This document shows, piece after piece, positions 41,648 through 52,018 of a stretch of 64,000 nucleotides of DNA. This DNA is from an uncultured Gemmatimonadales bacterium. GTDB lineage: Bacteria > Gemmatimonadota > Gemmatimonadetes > Longimicrobiales > RSA9. A program made the translations under genes and the position numbers. Location: the NCBI GenBank assembly GCA_963783305.1, contig CAWAMW010000002.1, positions 448,001-512,000 of the forward strand, written 5' to 3'. Each line of letters begins with the position of its first letter. Positions within the stretch are counted from its first letter, which is position 1. Below the pieces are notes generated by a model. It was not told where the DNA came from. It saw only the letters and a program-made list of their open reading frames with translations, and searched no databases.

Positions 41648-43372
41648 ATGACCCAGGGGACCGTGGTGAACCGCGCGGGGCTGCTTCTGATCGCGGCGCT
41701 GATCTTCGCGACCTCGGTGTCGGCGCCCGTCGTGGGCCAGGAGATCTTTCCCGCCGATGACGACCTCCAGCTCATGCTGGACTACCTGGTCGCGGATGGC
41801 GCGACGCCGGCGATCGTCCTGGGGATCGTGGATGGCCACGGCGCCACCCGGGTGCTCGGGGCGGGCAGCGGCGGGTCGAGGTCCGAGGGCGCGCGGACCG
41901 TGTTCGAGGTGGGCTCCATCAACAAGACGTTCACGGGCACGTTGCTGGCGCTGGCGGTCCGGCGCGGGGAAGTGGCGCTGGACGACCCGGTGGCGGACTA
42001 CCTGCCGGACTCCGTCACGGTCCCGCGCCAGGGCGACCGGGAGATCACGCTCCTCGACCTGGCGACCCACCGCTCGGGGCTGCCCGGGCTGCCGACGAAC
42101 TACCTCCCGGGCGATCTGGGCGACCCGTACGCCGCCTACACGCTCGATGTCCTGTACGACTTCCTCTCGAGCTACGAGCTGACCCGGGAGCCGGGCACGC
42201 ATACCGAGTACTCGAACCTGGGCTTCGGCCTCCTTGGCCACGCCCTCGCCCGTGCGGCGGGAACCACGTACACGGCGCTGCTGCGGGAGCGGATCCTGGA
42301 CCCGCTCGAGATGAACGACACCGGGTACGAGCAGGGTGCCGAAGCGGTGGAGCGCACGGCCGTGCCGCACAGTCGGGGCGAGGAGGTCCCGCTGTGGACG
42401 GGCACGGAAGCGATCCGGGGCGCGGGTGGCCTCCGGTCGACCATGGCGGACATGCTGAGGTACCTCGAGGCCAACCTCGGGCCGCCGGAGTCCGAGCTCG
42501 AGAGGGCGATGCGGGACGCCCACGAGACTCGGGCCCCGTTCGACGTCCAGGGAGTGGACGCCACACGGATCGGCCTGGCCTGGCAGAAGATCCCGCTGGA
42601 CTCCTCGGGCGATCGGGTGATCATCACCCATGGCGGGAACACGGCCGGCTCGTCGGCCCGGATCGCCTTCGACCCGGAGCGCGGCGTGGGGTTCGTCCGG
42701 CTCACCAACGTGGGCGCGTTCCCGGACGACATCGGCCTCTACCTGCTCCGCACCGGCCCACCGATCGACGACCCGGTGGTCGACGTGCCGGTGGAGGCGC
42801 TCCGTCGCTACGTCGGCGCGTACCGGTTCGCCCCGGGGGCGAACCTCTACATCCGCCTCGACGACCGCGGCGGCTGGCTGACCTCCCAGCTCGGCCGCAC
42901 CGTCGAATTTCGGCTATACCCGGACTCCGACACCTCCGCCTACCTCCGCCGGATCCACGCCCGGTTCGCCTTCCGCGTCGATGACGCCGGGGAAGTCGAG
43001 GCCGCGGTCCTGAACCCGGGTCCGCGGGAGCGTGTGCTGCCGAAGGTCGCGGACGAAACGCCTTCGCCCCGGTTCCCGACGCCGGAGATCCTGGACCGGC
43101 CGCTCACCAGGGAGGAGGTCGCCCGATACGCAGGGACGTACGACCTCGGAGGCGCCGCCCGTACGGTCGAGGTCCGAGTGCGCGGCGAGGGCGGACAGCT
43201 GGTCGCGGAGCTCGGGAACGGTGCCTTCGCACGGCTCCGGTACCAGGGCGACCACACCTTCATCCCGTTCCGGGACCCGGCCAGCCGCGTCACCTTCGAG
43301 GTGTCGGATGGTCGGGCCGTAGCGCTGACGATGGACCTCCACGGGTCCGCCCTGACCGGGCGGCGACGATAG
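41648..43372 (+). CDS. Serine hydrolase (beta-lactamase/AmpC-like) with two C-terminal DUF3471-like domains
   Basis: GSINKT (SxxK), YSN, HGG; signal peptide. Confidence 0.92.
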   Translation: MTQGTVVNRAGLLLIAALIFATSVSAPVVGQEIFPADDDLQLMLDYLVADGATPAIVLGIVDGHGATRVLGAGSGGSRSEGARTVFEVGSINKTFTGTLLALAVRRGEVALDDPVADYLPDSVTVPRQGDREITLLDLATHRSGLPGLPTNYLPGDLGDPYAAYTLDVLYDFLSSYELTREPGTHTEYSNLGFGLLGHALARAAGTTYTALLRERILDPLEMNDTGYEQGAEAVERTAVPHSRGEEVPLWTGTEAIRGAGGLRSTMADMLRYLEANLGPPESELERAMRDAHETRAPFDVQGVDATRIGLAWQKIPLDSSGDRVIITHGGNTAGSSARIAFDPERGVGFVRLTNVGAFPDDIGLYLLRTGPPIDDPVVDVPVEALRRYVGAYRFAPGANLYIRLDDRGGWLTSQLGRTVEFRLYPDSDTSAYLRRIHARFAFRVDDAGEVEAAVLNPGPRERVLPKVADETPSPRFPTPEILDRPLTREEVARYAGTYDLGGAARTVEVRVRGEGGQLVAELGNGAFARLRYQGDHTFIPFRDPASRVTFEVSDGRAVALTMDLHGSALTGRRR

Positions 43373-43424
43373 CCGTCCCCGGACCGCAGGGGGTACCCTC
43401 GCTGGGCACGACCCCGGGCATCGA

Positions 43425-44579
43425 TCAGCCGGCGGGCGTGCTGTCCTCGCTGAGAGAATAGCCATCGCTCAGCTCCACGAGCGGAGCGGACCGCACCACG
43501 CTCTCGAAGACGGCCTTGAGCACGCCGATCAGGATGGGGCCGATGATGATGCCGACCAGACCGAAGGTGTAGACCCCGGTGATCAGGGCGAGGAACATCC
43601 AGTAGAAGTTGAGCATCCCCGCCTTGGCGGCGGCGATCTTCGGGCGCAGGTAGAGGGAGATGAACACCGTGTTCGCGAGTAACCCGACGAGGAACACGGT
43701 GATGCCGCCGGCCACGGTGTCGCGGAACACCATGAGGTAGATGGCCACGGGGACGTACACGGACCAGGACCCCACGATGGGGAGGAATCCGATGAAGAAG
43801 GAGGCGATGGCCAGGACCACCGCCAGGGGCACGTCCCAAATGAGGTTCAGGGCGAGGACGATCAACGCCTTGATGATCTGGGTGAGGAAGGTGGCGTACA
43901 GGGCGCCGTATGCGACCTGGCGGACGCTGTCGGAAACGCGCTTTCCGAGGGGTCGGTAGCGGCCGGGGATCTTGCTCCGGATGTAGTCTACGATCCGCTC
44001 GTGGTCGGTGAGGATGTAGAAGAGGGTGAAGAGGAAGACGGCGATGGAGAGGACGAGGATGTCCAGCGTCGCCTGGAGCGCCTCGACGATGCTGGTGCTC
44101 TGGCTCGCTGCTTCCGACACCCAGCGAGACAGGTCCTCCCGGACCTCGAGGTCCTCCGCGAAGGGAAGCCGCTGGACCGCCCTGGTGATCTCGGCCGCCA
44201 CCGCTTCCCGGTTCTCGTTCAGGTACTCCGCCGTGCTGGAAATCTCCACCCAGCTGTAGACGGTGATGACGAGGATCGGAACGATGACGGACACCATGAC
44301 GAGGATCGCCGTCAACGTCCGGTTGCCCAGGTGGCGCTCCGTCCAGAGGTGGAACGGCAGGAGGTAGATGGCCAGGACCACGCCCACGATGACGGCCACG
44401 AGCACGTCGTGGACCATGTACAGGAAGAGCCCCAGGATCGCGGTCAGCAGCGCTCCGGTCAGCAGCGCCTTTCGCACTTCGGGGATGGTGTAGTCGGCCA
44501 GGCGCACGAACTCGGCGCGGCGATCGTCCCGGCGGCGGTCGGAATCCGGGTCCTGCGTCTCGCTATCCCCTTCCGTCAC
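43425..44579 (-). CDS. AI-2E family transporter
   Basis: FLPIVGS...LYLRPKI...FGLVGIIIGP. Confidence 0.9.
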   Translation of the reverse strand: MTEGDSETQDPDSDRRRDDRRAEFVRLADYTIPEVRKALLTGALLTAILGLFLYMVHDVLVAVIVGVVLAIYLLPFHLWTERHLGNRTLTAILVMVSVIVPILVITVYSWVEISSTAEYLNENREAVAAEITRAVQRLPFAEDLEVREDLSRWVSEAASQSTSIVEALQATLDILVLSIAVFLFTLFYILTDHERIVDYIRSKIPGRYRPLGKRVSDSVRQVAYGALYATFLTQIIKALIVLALNLIWDVPLAVVLAIASFFIGFLPIVGSWSVYVPVAIYLMVFRDTVAGGITVFLVGLLANTVFISLYLRPKIAAAKAGMLNFYWMFLALITGVYTFGLVGIIIGPILIGVLKAVFESVVRSAPLVELSDGYSLSEDSTPAG

Positions 44580-44681
44580 GACGCGACCTCCGCTCCCTCG
44601 AGCAGCATGGGTGGATCTGGGGTTGTCGCAGCGCGTGGTGCATGACGTGTTCCGCCCCGGTGGGGGGTGGTGGCGGAAGCC

Positions 44682-46133
44682 TCACTCGGGCAGCGAGTCC
44701 GCCATGGCGGCCTGGTAGAGCAGCCCCGCGAGGAAGGCGGCGGAACGGCGCAGGTCGTCGGGCGAGACGCGCTCGTAGAAATCGGCGTTCGTATGGTGGG
44801 TCCGGACGTCGTAGTCGCGGTAGTCCTGGATCGTGCTGAACGCGGGCACACCAGCCCTCTCGAAGCTGATGTGATCGCTGCTGCCGATCCGCCCCCGGGC
44901 GTTGCGCCGCGCGCCCGCCGGCCGGAGCCCCGCGACCCACCGGTCCAGGGCTGGGCGCCACGCCTCGTTCTCCTGGAGGTACAGTCCGTACGTGGCGCCA
45001 CCGCCAATGTCCTGATTCACGTAGAAGACGACGTCGTCCGATCCCTTCTCAATGTGCCGCTCGACCCACGCCAGCGAGCCGTGCAGCCCCTGCTCCTCCC
45101 CGCCCCACAGCCCGATACGGATCGTGCGCCGGGGCTGGACGCCCGCCGATTGCAGCAGGCGCAGCGCCTCCATCACCGTCGCGACGCCATCGGCGTTGTC
45201 GGTGGCGCCGGTGGAGGAGTGCCAGGAGTCCAGGTGCGCGCCCGCCATGACCACCTGGTGGGCCACGGCCGGATCGGTGCCCGGGATCTCGGCGATGACG
45301 TTCGGGATGTCGGGGTCGTCGTCGTGGAACCGGACATCGACGGCGACCCGGAGCCGGACCTCCACTCCGTGCTCCAGCAGCCGGACGATGCGGTTGTAGT
45401 GCTCGCCGGCGAGGACGACGGACGTGGCCGCGTCCCGGGGCGTTCCGGCGTCGCCGAGTACGAAGAGGGTGCCGTGGGCGCCCTGGTCCGGGCGGAAGTA
45501 TGCCCCCACCCCCAGCTCGCGCATCAACGACGGCACCGCCCGCCGGGGCAGCGCGTCCTCGCCGCGGATGAAGCGCGGGGCGCCGTGCTCGACGGGGCTG
45601 TCCTGCGCCGTCGGCTGGGGCCGGTCGTCCGTGATGAAGGAGGGCTGGGGCGCGTAGGGCAGGACCAGAGCGCCGCGTAGCTCGTCGCCCATGGCCCGTA
45701 CCTCCGCCTCGGTGCGGTCGCCCAGGTAGATGGCGGGGCCCTGCAGCACTCCGTTCGTTCCGGGCGACCACGCCTCCGGAAAGCCCGTGAGCGGGAAGTA
45801 CCCGGGCTCGGTCATCTCCAGCGTGAGGCCTTCCAGCGTCCAGCCGGGCCCGAACTCGAACTCCTCGGTGCGGGCTTCGATCCCCCACCCGCGGAGCCGG
45901 TCGTCCACGTACGCGGCGGCGGCTTCGTAAGCGGGCGTGCCACTGAGGCGGGGTCCGTAGACGTCCGTGAGGACCCGATAGGTCTCCACGACCTCGTCGC
46001 TGGCCAGCCCAGCCCGGAGGACGCGGTCGAGGACTGGATCGCCGGACTGGGCACTCGCAGGGGCGGGAGCCAGAACCGCCAGGCCGACGAGCAGGAGAGA
46101 GAGGGCCACTGGAGGGTTGAGCGGCTGTCGCAT
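44682..46133 (-). CDS. M28-family aminopeptidase
   Basis: GAHLDSW, ATDNADG, GEEQGLHGS, SDH, HHT; signal peptide. Confidence 0.93.
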   Translation of the reverse strand: MRQPLNPPVALSLLLVGLAVLAPAPASAQSGDPVLDRVLRAGLASDEVVETYRVLTDVYGPRLSGTPAYEAAAAYVDDRLRGWGIEARTEEFEFGPGWTLEGLTLEMTEPGYFPLTGFPEAWSPGTNGVLQGPAIYLGDRTEAEVRAMGDELRGALVLPYAPQPSFITDDRPQPTAQDSPVEHGAPRFIRGEDALPRRAVPSLMRELGVGAYFRPDQGAHGTLFVLGDAGTPRDAATSVVLAGEHYNRIVRLLEHGVEVRLRVAVDVRFHDDDPDIPNVIAEIPGTDPAVAHQVVMAGAHLDSWHSSTGATDNADGVATVMEALRLLQSAGVQPRRTIRIGLWGGEEQGLHGSLAWVERHIEKGSDDVVFYVNQDIGGGATYGLYLQENEAWRPALDRWVAGLRPAGARRNARGRIGSSDHISFERAGVPAFSTIQDYRDYDVRTHHTNADFYERVSPDDLRRSAAFLAGLLYQAAMADSLPE

Positions 46134-46347
46134 GATGGAAGATCTCGGTCGGGTGGGCGTTCCGGATGCCATAGCAATGTGCCCGATCGCGACGAGCCCG
46201 CGCAAACCGGGCCCGCTCATCGGTCTCGACGCCCGGCGCCGTGCGTTCGCGCCCGTCCCGCGCTGGCCGGGATAACGAAACGCGGACGTGGAGGAGGAGC
46301 CGGAGGAAGCGGGCTCCCCAGGTGCCATGACCGCCGACGGCCGCCCT

Positions 46348-46908
46348 TTATGGCTCCGGCCTCGCCCCCACCGCCGCTACCTCCCTCTCGACATTGGGAA
46401 GTAAAAGGTCTTCGAGGAAGTAGGCGGCCAGCTCGGCGCGGCTGCCGAGCCCGGCTTTGTGGTACACGGCCGTGGCGTGCTGGCGGGCGGTTCGCTCGCT
46501 GCGGTCGGTGGCGGTCGCCACGTGCTTGTGGCTGTAGCCCTTGAGGAGGAGCAGGGCGACCTCCCGCTCGGCGGGGGTGAGCTGCCAGGCTCGGAACTGG
46601 GCGTCGACGGCCGCGCCGAGCCCTTCCAGCGCCTTCCGGGCGTTCTCCTGCCATTCGTCACGCTCGGCCTTCCGCGCCTCCAGCCGCTCCCGCATGTCCT
46701 CCAGGGAGGCTTCGGCCTTCCACCACCCCAGCCAGAGCGTGGTGGCCATGAGCAGCGCGCCGGAAAGCATGAGCAGCTCGAAGATCACGTGGAAGGAGAT
46801 CCAGCTCTGCGGCTGATCGAGGATGAGGTCGACCGAGCCGCCGACCACGATCGAGCCGAGGGCAAGCGCGAGAAGCAAGGGAAGCCGTGGATCGCGCCCC
46901 ACGTCCAT
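46348..46908 (-). CDS. Membrane-anchored LuxR-type regulator
   Basis: 2 TM helices, coiled coil, LTPAEREVALLLLKGYSHKHVA HTH. Confidence 0.9.
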   Translation of the reverse strand: MDVGRDPRLPLLLALALGSIVVGGSVDLILDQPQSWISFHVIFELLMLSGALLMATTLWLGWWKAEASLEDMRERLEARKAERDEWQENARKALEGLGAAVDAQFRAWQLTPAEREVALLLLKGYSHKHVATATDRSERTARQHATAVYHKAGLGSRAELAAYFLEDLLLPNVEREVAAVGARPEP

Positions 46909-46999
46909 GGTGATGCCTCCGTCATTCGTTGGATACGGCGCCCGCCGCCCGGCTTCGAGTCGGATGACGGATTCGGCCGCGGCGCAGCCGGGATCAACT

Positions 47000-47014
47000 T
47001 AGGGTCGAACCCTA
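47000..47014. promoter_or_regulatory. Palindrome TAGGGT-CGA-ACCCTA between the divergent LuxR and DUF2231 genes
   Basis: Perfect 6-bp inverted repeat 14 bp before the ATG; function inferred. Confidence 0.4.
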
Positions 47015-47028
47015 GCGGAGTATACCCA

Positions 47029-47646
47029 ATGCTGCCTGATCCGCTCCATCCTGCCGTCGTTCACTTCCCCCTCGTGCTGGTGTTCCTGCTGCCGCTGTTC
47101 GCCCTGGGCGCGGGCTGGGCGATCCGCCGCGGCGCCGCCGTCCGATGGACGTGGGCAATCCCACTCCTCATGGCGGCCGGGCTCGCTGGAAGCGCGTATG
47201 TCGCGCTCCGGACCGGGGGGGCCGAGGAAGAGCGGGTGGAGGGGGTCGTTTCCGAATCCGTACTCCACGAACACGAAGAGGCGGCGGAGCGCTTCCTCGT
47301 GTTGAGTGGGGTGCTGCTCCTCGTGGCCGCCGCCGGCCTGGCACCGGGCAACCTCGGCCAGGCCGCGCGCCTGCTCACGGTCGTGGGCTCTCTGGGCGTC
47401 GCAGTGGCCGGCGTCCAGGTCGGCGCGGCCGGAGGCGAGCTCGTGTACCGGCACAACGCGGCAGGGTCGCGTCAAAACCGCGTCACGAGGCCCATCGCGA
47501 GGCGTCCGTGCGCCGCCGGTGCGATGAACGGCCGGAGCTCCACCGAGCCATACGCCTGCCTCCCCTCGCTGACCATGCTGCGGCCCACCAGCGTGCCGAT
47601 CACCGCCCCTCCCACCACGTCCGACAGGAAGTGGGCGTCATGGTAG
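47029..47646 (+). CDS. DUF2231-like His-containing membrane protein (3' end runs into the PAP2 gene)
   Basis: PLHPAVVHFP...LHEHEE...GGELVYRH. Confidence 0.8.
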   Translation: MLPDPLHPAVVHFPLVLVFLLPLFALGAGWAIRRGAAVRWTWAIPLLMAAGLAGSAYVALRTGGAEEERVEGVVSESVLHEHEEAAERFLVLSGVLLLVAAAGLAPGNLGQAARLLTVVGSLGVAVAGVQVGAAGGELVYRHNAAGSRQNRVTRPIARRPCAAGAMNGRSSTEPYACLPSLTMLRPTSVPITAPPTTSDRKWASW

Positions 47647-48356
47647 ATCCGGGCGAGCCCCACTCCTCCGGCGAGGCCGTACGCCACGATCCTGACCGGC
47701 CGGGACGACGATTCCGCCGCGATCACGGAGGCCACCGCGAACGCCTGTGTAGCGTGGCCCGAGGGAAACGAGACGGAACCCGAGAACGGTTCGAACTCGT
47801 ACGGCCCCTCCCGCTGCCGCGGTCGTGAGCGCCCCGCCGCCGCCTTCAGTAGCGGCGTCACGATCCCGCCGGCCACGAAGCTCGCGGAAACCGCCTCCAC
47901 GGCGGTCCGGCGCAGCGAGGGTTGCCGAGCGATGATGCCGCCAACGTAGAGGCTGGCGACGACCGCGAACGAGCCTTTATCGCCGAGCGGCTCGATGAGC
48001 GAGAGGATGCGGTCCGCGGCCCCGTTCTGTATGGGGTCCTCGACTTCCTCCACGTCCTCATCCGCCACGATCAGCGCCACGAGCCCGCCCGTCACAGCCA
48101 GCCCGCTCAGCCACTGGCTCTGCTCCCACCGGACCGGTGCGGTCAGTCCATGGGCCAGTTCGTGTGCCCCGAAGCGGAGGTCTTCGAGGAGGAAGAACGG
48201 AGCGTCCGGCTCGGAATGGGCGCTCACCCAGGGCTGCGCGGCCGCCCGCTCGGGCGTCTGCGCGGAAATCGGTGTGGCGGAGAGGAGGAGAGCGGCGGCG
48301 AGCGCGGCCACCCGATTCGCCCGCGCAGTCACGCTCGATCGGTCGGCGGTGGGCAT
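47472..48356 (-). CDS. PAP2-family phosphatase
   Basis: KAAAGRSRP, SFPSGHA, ARIYHDAHFLSDV. Confidence 0.92.
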   Translation of the reverse strand: MPTADRSSVTARANRVAALAAALLLSATPISAQTPERAAAQPWVSAHSEPDAPFFLLEDLRFGAHELAHGLTAPVRWEQSQWLSGLAVTGGLVALIVADEDVEEVEDPIQNGAADRILSLIEPLGDKGSFAVVASLYVGGIIARQPSLRRTAVEAVSASFVAGGIVTPLLKAAAGRSRPRQREGPYEFEPFSGSVSFPSGHATQAFAVASVIAAESSSRPVRIVAYGLAGGVGLARIYHDAHFLSDVVGGAVIGTLVGRSMVSEGRQAYGSVELRPFIAPAAHGRLAMGLVTRF

Positions 48357-48357
48357 T

Positions 48358-49914
48358 CTATACCGGGGACTGGACGGGGGGCCGGGCGTCGCAGCGTGTT
48401 CCCCCGCGGTCCGCGGGCAGGACGTACGCGCTGCGGCCGTACCCCAGCGCCACGCGCTCGACCCGTTCCGGCGCGGCCGCGGCGCGGATGGACGACGCGT
48501 CCCCGTCCCCGGCCACGATCAACACCGGGTTGCGGGAGCGCCGCTGGTCGGCCGCGAGCTGCTCCAGCGTGGCGCTGGCCCACGGCTCCAGACCGCCTGA
48601 CGACACCCGCCTCAGCGACCCACCGAGGTAGAACTGGAGTCCGTAAAGCCGGGGCTCATCGAGGATCCACGGCTCGGCGCACGGGGGCGCGGCGGCTTCG
48701 ATGGCGCGGCTCAGACGACGCATGTCGTTGCCGTCGGGCACCCGGGCGAGCACGCCCTTGACCAGCACGATCGCCGCGGCCCCGGCGATGGCGGTGCGCA
48801 CGCCGACCCGCAGCGCGCGCGCCGTACCCGAGCGCCGGATGGCCAGGCGCGCGATGGCGATGGCGATGGCCGGATAAAGCGGCAGCAGGTAGAGCGGAAG
48901 CCGGCTCCGGGAGAGGGCGAACACTCCCAACGGGAGAGCGAGCCACAACGCCAGGAAGGCCCCCGGCCCCCGACCCCGGAGGAGCGTGTCGGCGACGCGT
49001 CGGAGCCCCGGCGCGGGCCGCCCCCCTCCCCTCCCGTCCACCCACCAGCTCCGGGCGCCGCGCCACGCCTGCCAGATCCACGGCCCGGGCGCGAGCAGGA
49101 GCACGGGGAGGTAGATCGCGACGGGGCCGTACCACTCCGGATTGCGGTTCGCGGTAGCGGTGACGTTCCGGGCCACCACCTCCTCCATCACGAAGTAGTG
49201 GAGCAGCCCATCGTGGCGGAGGCTCACCAGCACGTACCACCACAGACCCACGACTGCCGCCAGTCCGATGCCCGCGGCACTGGCCAGCGACGGGACTCCG
49301 CCGGCACCCTCCCCGGCGTTCGCCCGGCTCCGCAGCCGGACGTGGAACACCACGATGGGGAGGAGCGGCAGCAGTCCGGCGGGTCCCTTGACCAGGAACG
49401 CGGCGCCGAACGCGGCCCACATGGCGGCGACCCATGCCGCGCCGCGCCGGGTCGTGCCCGCTCGAATGGCGCGGGCCCAGCAGAGGACGGCCAGCGCCTC
49501 GACCAACGCCAGGGGCATGTCCGCCGAGATGGCCGCGGCGCCGGCCGCCGGCAGGAGCGAGGTGGCGTAGACCAGGCCCGCGAGCAGTCCGGTGCCAGGG
49601 TCGTAGAGGGCGCGCCCGATGAGGAGCACCACCGCCGCGGTGAGGATCAGCTCGATGGCGTGGGAGAGACGCGCGCCCCACGCGTTGTCGCCGAGCAGGG
49701 CGACGCCGGCGGCGATCCCCCAGTACGCCGCGGGCGGCTTGGTCCAGTGGGGGGTCTGGTCCAGCGTCGGCTCGAGGAAATCGCCGGATTCGACCATCTC
49801 CCGGGCCACCTCCGCGTACCGCCCCTCGGTGGTCTCGAAGAGTCCACGCGAGCCCTGGAAGCCAAACCCCACGGCCAGGCCCACCGCCGCGAGGATCGCG
49901 AGGCTACGTCGCGT
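48358..49914 (-). CDS. ArnT/GT83-like lipid glycosyltransferase
   Basis: TEGRYAEVAREM, HWTKPP, LVKGP, SRSRLPLYLLP. Start codon is ambiguous. Confidence 0.88.
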   Translation of the reverse strand, partial: TRRSLAILAAVGLAVGFGFQGSRGLFETTEGRYAEVAREMVESGDFLEPTLDQTPHWTKPPAAYWGIAAGVALLGDNAWGARLSHAIELILTAAVVLLIGRALYDPGTGLLAGLVYATSLLPAAGAAAISADMPLALVEALAVLCWARAIRAGTTRRGAAWVAAMWAAFGAAFLVKGPAGLLPLLPIVVFHVRLRSRANAGEGAGGVPSLASAAGIGLAAVVGLWWYVLVSLRHDGLLHYFVMEEVVARNVTATANRNPEWYGPVAIYLPVLLLAPGPWIWQAWRGARSWWVDGRGGGRPAPGLRRVADTLLRGRGPGAFLALWLALPLGVFALSRSRLPLYLLPLYPAIAIAIARLAIRRSGTARALRVGVRTAIAGAAAIVLVKGVLARVPDGNDMRRLSRAIEAAAPPCAEPWILDEPRLYGLQFYLGGSLRRVSSGGLEPWASATLEQLAADQRRSRNPVLIVAGDGDASSIRAAAAPERVERVALGYGRSAYVLPADRGGTRCDARPPVQSPV

Positions 49915-50179
49915 TCGGATCGGCGGAGCGCTCGCGGCCCAGGAGCTGGATGTTCCGGCCGTAGATGAGGAGGCCGACGGACTGACCGAGAATGAAGACG
50001 GGGTCACGGCGATGGATGGCATAGATGAGCAACATGGACGATCCGGCGATACTGAGGAGCCAGAAGAGCGGCGGGACCACGCTCCGCCCGACCCGCTCGC
50101 TGGCCAGCCACTGAACAATGAACCGGCCGGAGAACATCGCCTGGCCGAAGAGTCCGACCCAGAGCCACGCGGCGCTCAT
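49904..50179 (-). CDS. Lipid A biosynthesis N-terminal (LAB_N) domain protein
   Basis: GQAMFSGRFIVQWLASE...SVVPPLFW...DPVFILGQ...IYGRN. Confidence 0.92.
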   Translation of the reverse strand: MSAAWLWVGLFGQAMFSGRFIVQWLASERVGRSVVPPLFWLLSIAGSSMLLIYAIHRRDPVFILGQSVGLLIYGRNIQLLGRERSADPNAT

Positions 50180-51060
50180 CGGGGCTGGAGCGCTTTCCCC
50201 ACCAGCCCACGCGTGCGGGTGGCGGCGTCAGACGGCTCTCCGCCGGCGGGATCGTGGGACAGCGCGTCCGGAGTGTCCGCCGGACCCGGACTGGCGGCGA
50301 CCGCGCCCGGTCGCCCCACTCCAGTCGCGGGAACCAGCCGCCGTCGCATCCAGACGATGGCGAACGTGTCGAACAGGCCGACCCAGAGGCGGTTCTGGAT
50401 GCCGTACTTCGTCACGCCCCGGCGCCGCGCCCGGTGCCGAACCGGCACCTCGACCACATGGTCCCACCCGTTCATGCGGATCAGAGTGGGCAGGAACCTG
50501 TGCATGCCGGCGAACACCGGGATCCCGTCGAGCGCCTCACGGCGGATGAGGCGAATGGAGCACCCCACGTCTCGCACCGACTCCCCCGTGACGCGGTTGC
50601 GGAAGCCGTTCGCGATCCGGGACGAGAAGCGCCGGATGGTGTTGTCGGCTCGCTCGCGCCGCCACCCATTCACCACATGCGCGCCCGTACGCCGCTGCTC
50701 CTCGAGCAGGAGCGGGATGTCCGCGGGCACGTTCTGGCCGTCCCCGTCCATGGTGGATACCCACGTCCCCCGGGCGGAATCGAACCCCGCGGCGAGCGCG
50801 GCCGACTGGCCGCGCCCCTGCTCCAGGCGCAGGAACCGGTGATGGGGCCGCTCGCAGGCAAGCAGCTCCAGGACCCGCGGGGTATCGTCGCCCGACCCGT
50901 CATCCACCCACACGGCCTCCCAGCCGATGTCCGTCGCTGCCATGGCCGCGTCGATCTCTCGGGCGAGGCTCGGGATGCTCGCGGCCTCGTCCCGCACCGG
51001 GATGACGATGCTGAGCTCGAGGTCCGGGGACCCTCCGGTATCCAGCGCGTAAAATCGCAT
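50176..51060 (-). CDS. GT2 polyprenyl-phosphate glycosyltransferase (ArnC/DPM-like)
   Basis: VIPVRDE, VDDGSGD, GQSAAL, MDGDGQN, MHRFLP. Confidence 0.93.
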   Translation of the reverse strand: MRFYALDTGGSPDLELSIVIPVRDEAASIPSLAREIDAAMAATDIGWEAVWVDDGSGDDTPRVLELLACERPHHRFLRLEQGRGQSAALAAGFDSARGTWVSTMDGDGQNVPADIPLLLEEQRRTGAHVVNGWRRERADNTIRRFSSRIANGFRNRVTGESVRDVGCSIRLIRREALDGIPVFAGMHRFLPTLIRMNGWDHVVEVPVRHRARRRGVTKYGIQNRLWVGLFDTFAIVWMRRRLVPATGVGRPGAVAASPGPADTPDALSHDPAGGEPSDAATRTRGLVGKALQPR

Positions 51061-51196
51061 GACCGAATCTTAAACCCTTTCACTTACGATTCCATTAGGC
51101 CGCCCTCGTCGGCGCCGGGGAAAACGCACCGCGACCCGCGTTCCGCCCCTTTCCTCATGGTCCTCGACAGCGAGAATCCTCACTCCTTCGCCTCCA

Positions 51197-52018
51197 TCAG
51201 TGGCCGTTTACGTCCATGATGATCGACGACATCAGCACGCCGAGAGCCGCTCCCGCCACGACATCGCTCAGCCAGTGCTGGTCATCCACGACACGGGAAA
51301 AAGCGGTGATCCCGGCGGCGGTGAACAGCGCCACCGCGAGGACCTCCCCCTCGTCATCCCAGCCGTCTACCATCTCGATGCCCACGGCGTTCGCCAGCGC
51401 GAACGCCGTAGCGGCGTGGCCCGAAGGGAAAGATCGCAGTTCCCGGGCGCCAAAACCACGGGCGAACCCGAAATCATGGGGATCCGACGGCTCCGAGAAC
51501 GGCCGGCGCCGCCCGATCAATCGCTGCGCGATCCAGCGGGCCGCCACCCCGGACAGGACAGCCTCCTCCACGTGGAGCCCGGCGTCCCGGAGAGCATCGT
51601 CGCCGGTGACGGCGCCCGCCACCAGCGCCATGGCGCCGGCGCCGTAGGCGAGTCGGCCGCCGAGGGGACGGAAGATCCCGTCCAGCGACAGGATCAGCGG
51701 GATCTCCTGTCCACGGCTCTGCGCCCACTCACGCACCGCCCCGTCCACGGGGATCAGCAGGAGCGCGCCGCCCGCCAACACGCCAGTGAGGGTCCGGACA
51801 CCGTCGCGCCGGAGTTCCAGGGGACCCTCCGGACCGGAGAGCCCCGACAACGCGGCGGCGGGCGCCGGGAAGGGGTCGGACGGAATGAGCCGCCCCGCCG
51901 CGGTCTGTCCCGCGCTGGGAGCAGGAACCAGCACCGGGAGCAGGACGGCTCCCACAACAACGAGCTTCTCCATCATCTGGTTCATGGGGCCTGTATCGAG
52001 GGGATCAATGATCCGCAT
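51197..52018 (-). CDS. PAP2-family phosphatase
   Basis: GRRRP, SFPSGHA, SRVVDDQHWLSDV. Start is uncertain. Confidence 0.88.
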   Translation of the reverse strand: MRIIDPLDTGPMNQMMEKLVVVGAVLLPVLVPAPSAGQTAAGRLIPSDPFPAPAAALSGLSGPEGPLELRRDGVRTLTGVLAGGALLLIPVDGAVREWAQSRGQEIPLILSLDGIFRPLGGRLAYGAGAMALVAGAVTGDDALRDAGLHVEEAVLSGVAARWIAQRLIGRRRPFSEPSDPHDFGFARGFGARELRSFPSGHAATAFALANAVGIEMVDGWDDEGEVLAVALFTAAGITAFSRVVDDQHWLSDVVAGAALGVLMSSIIMDVNGH

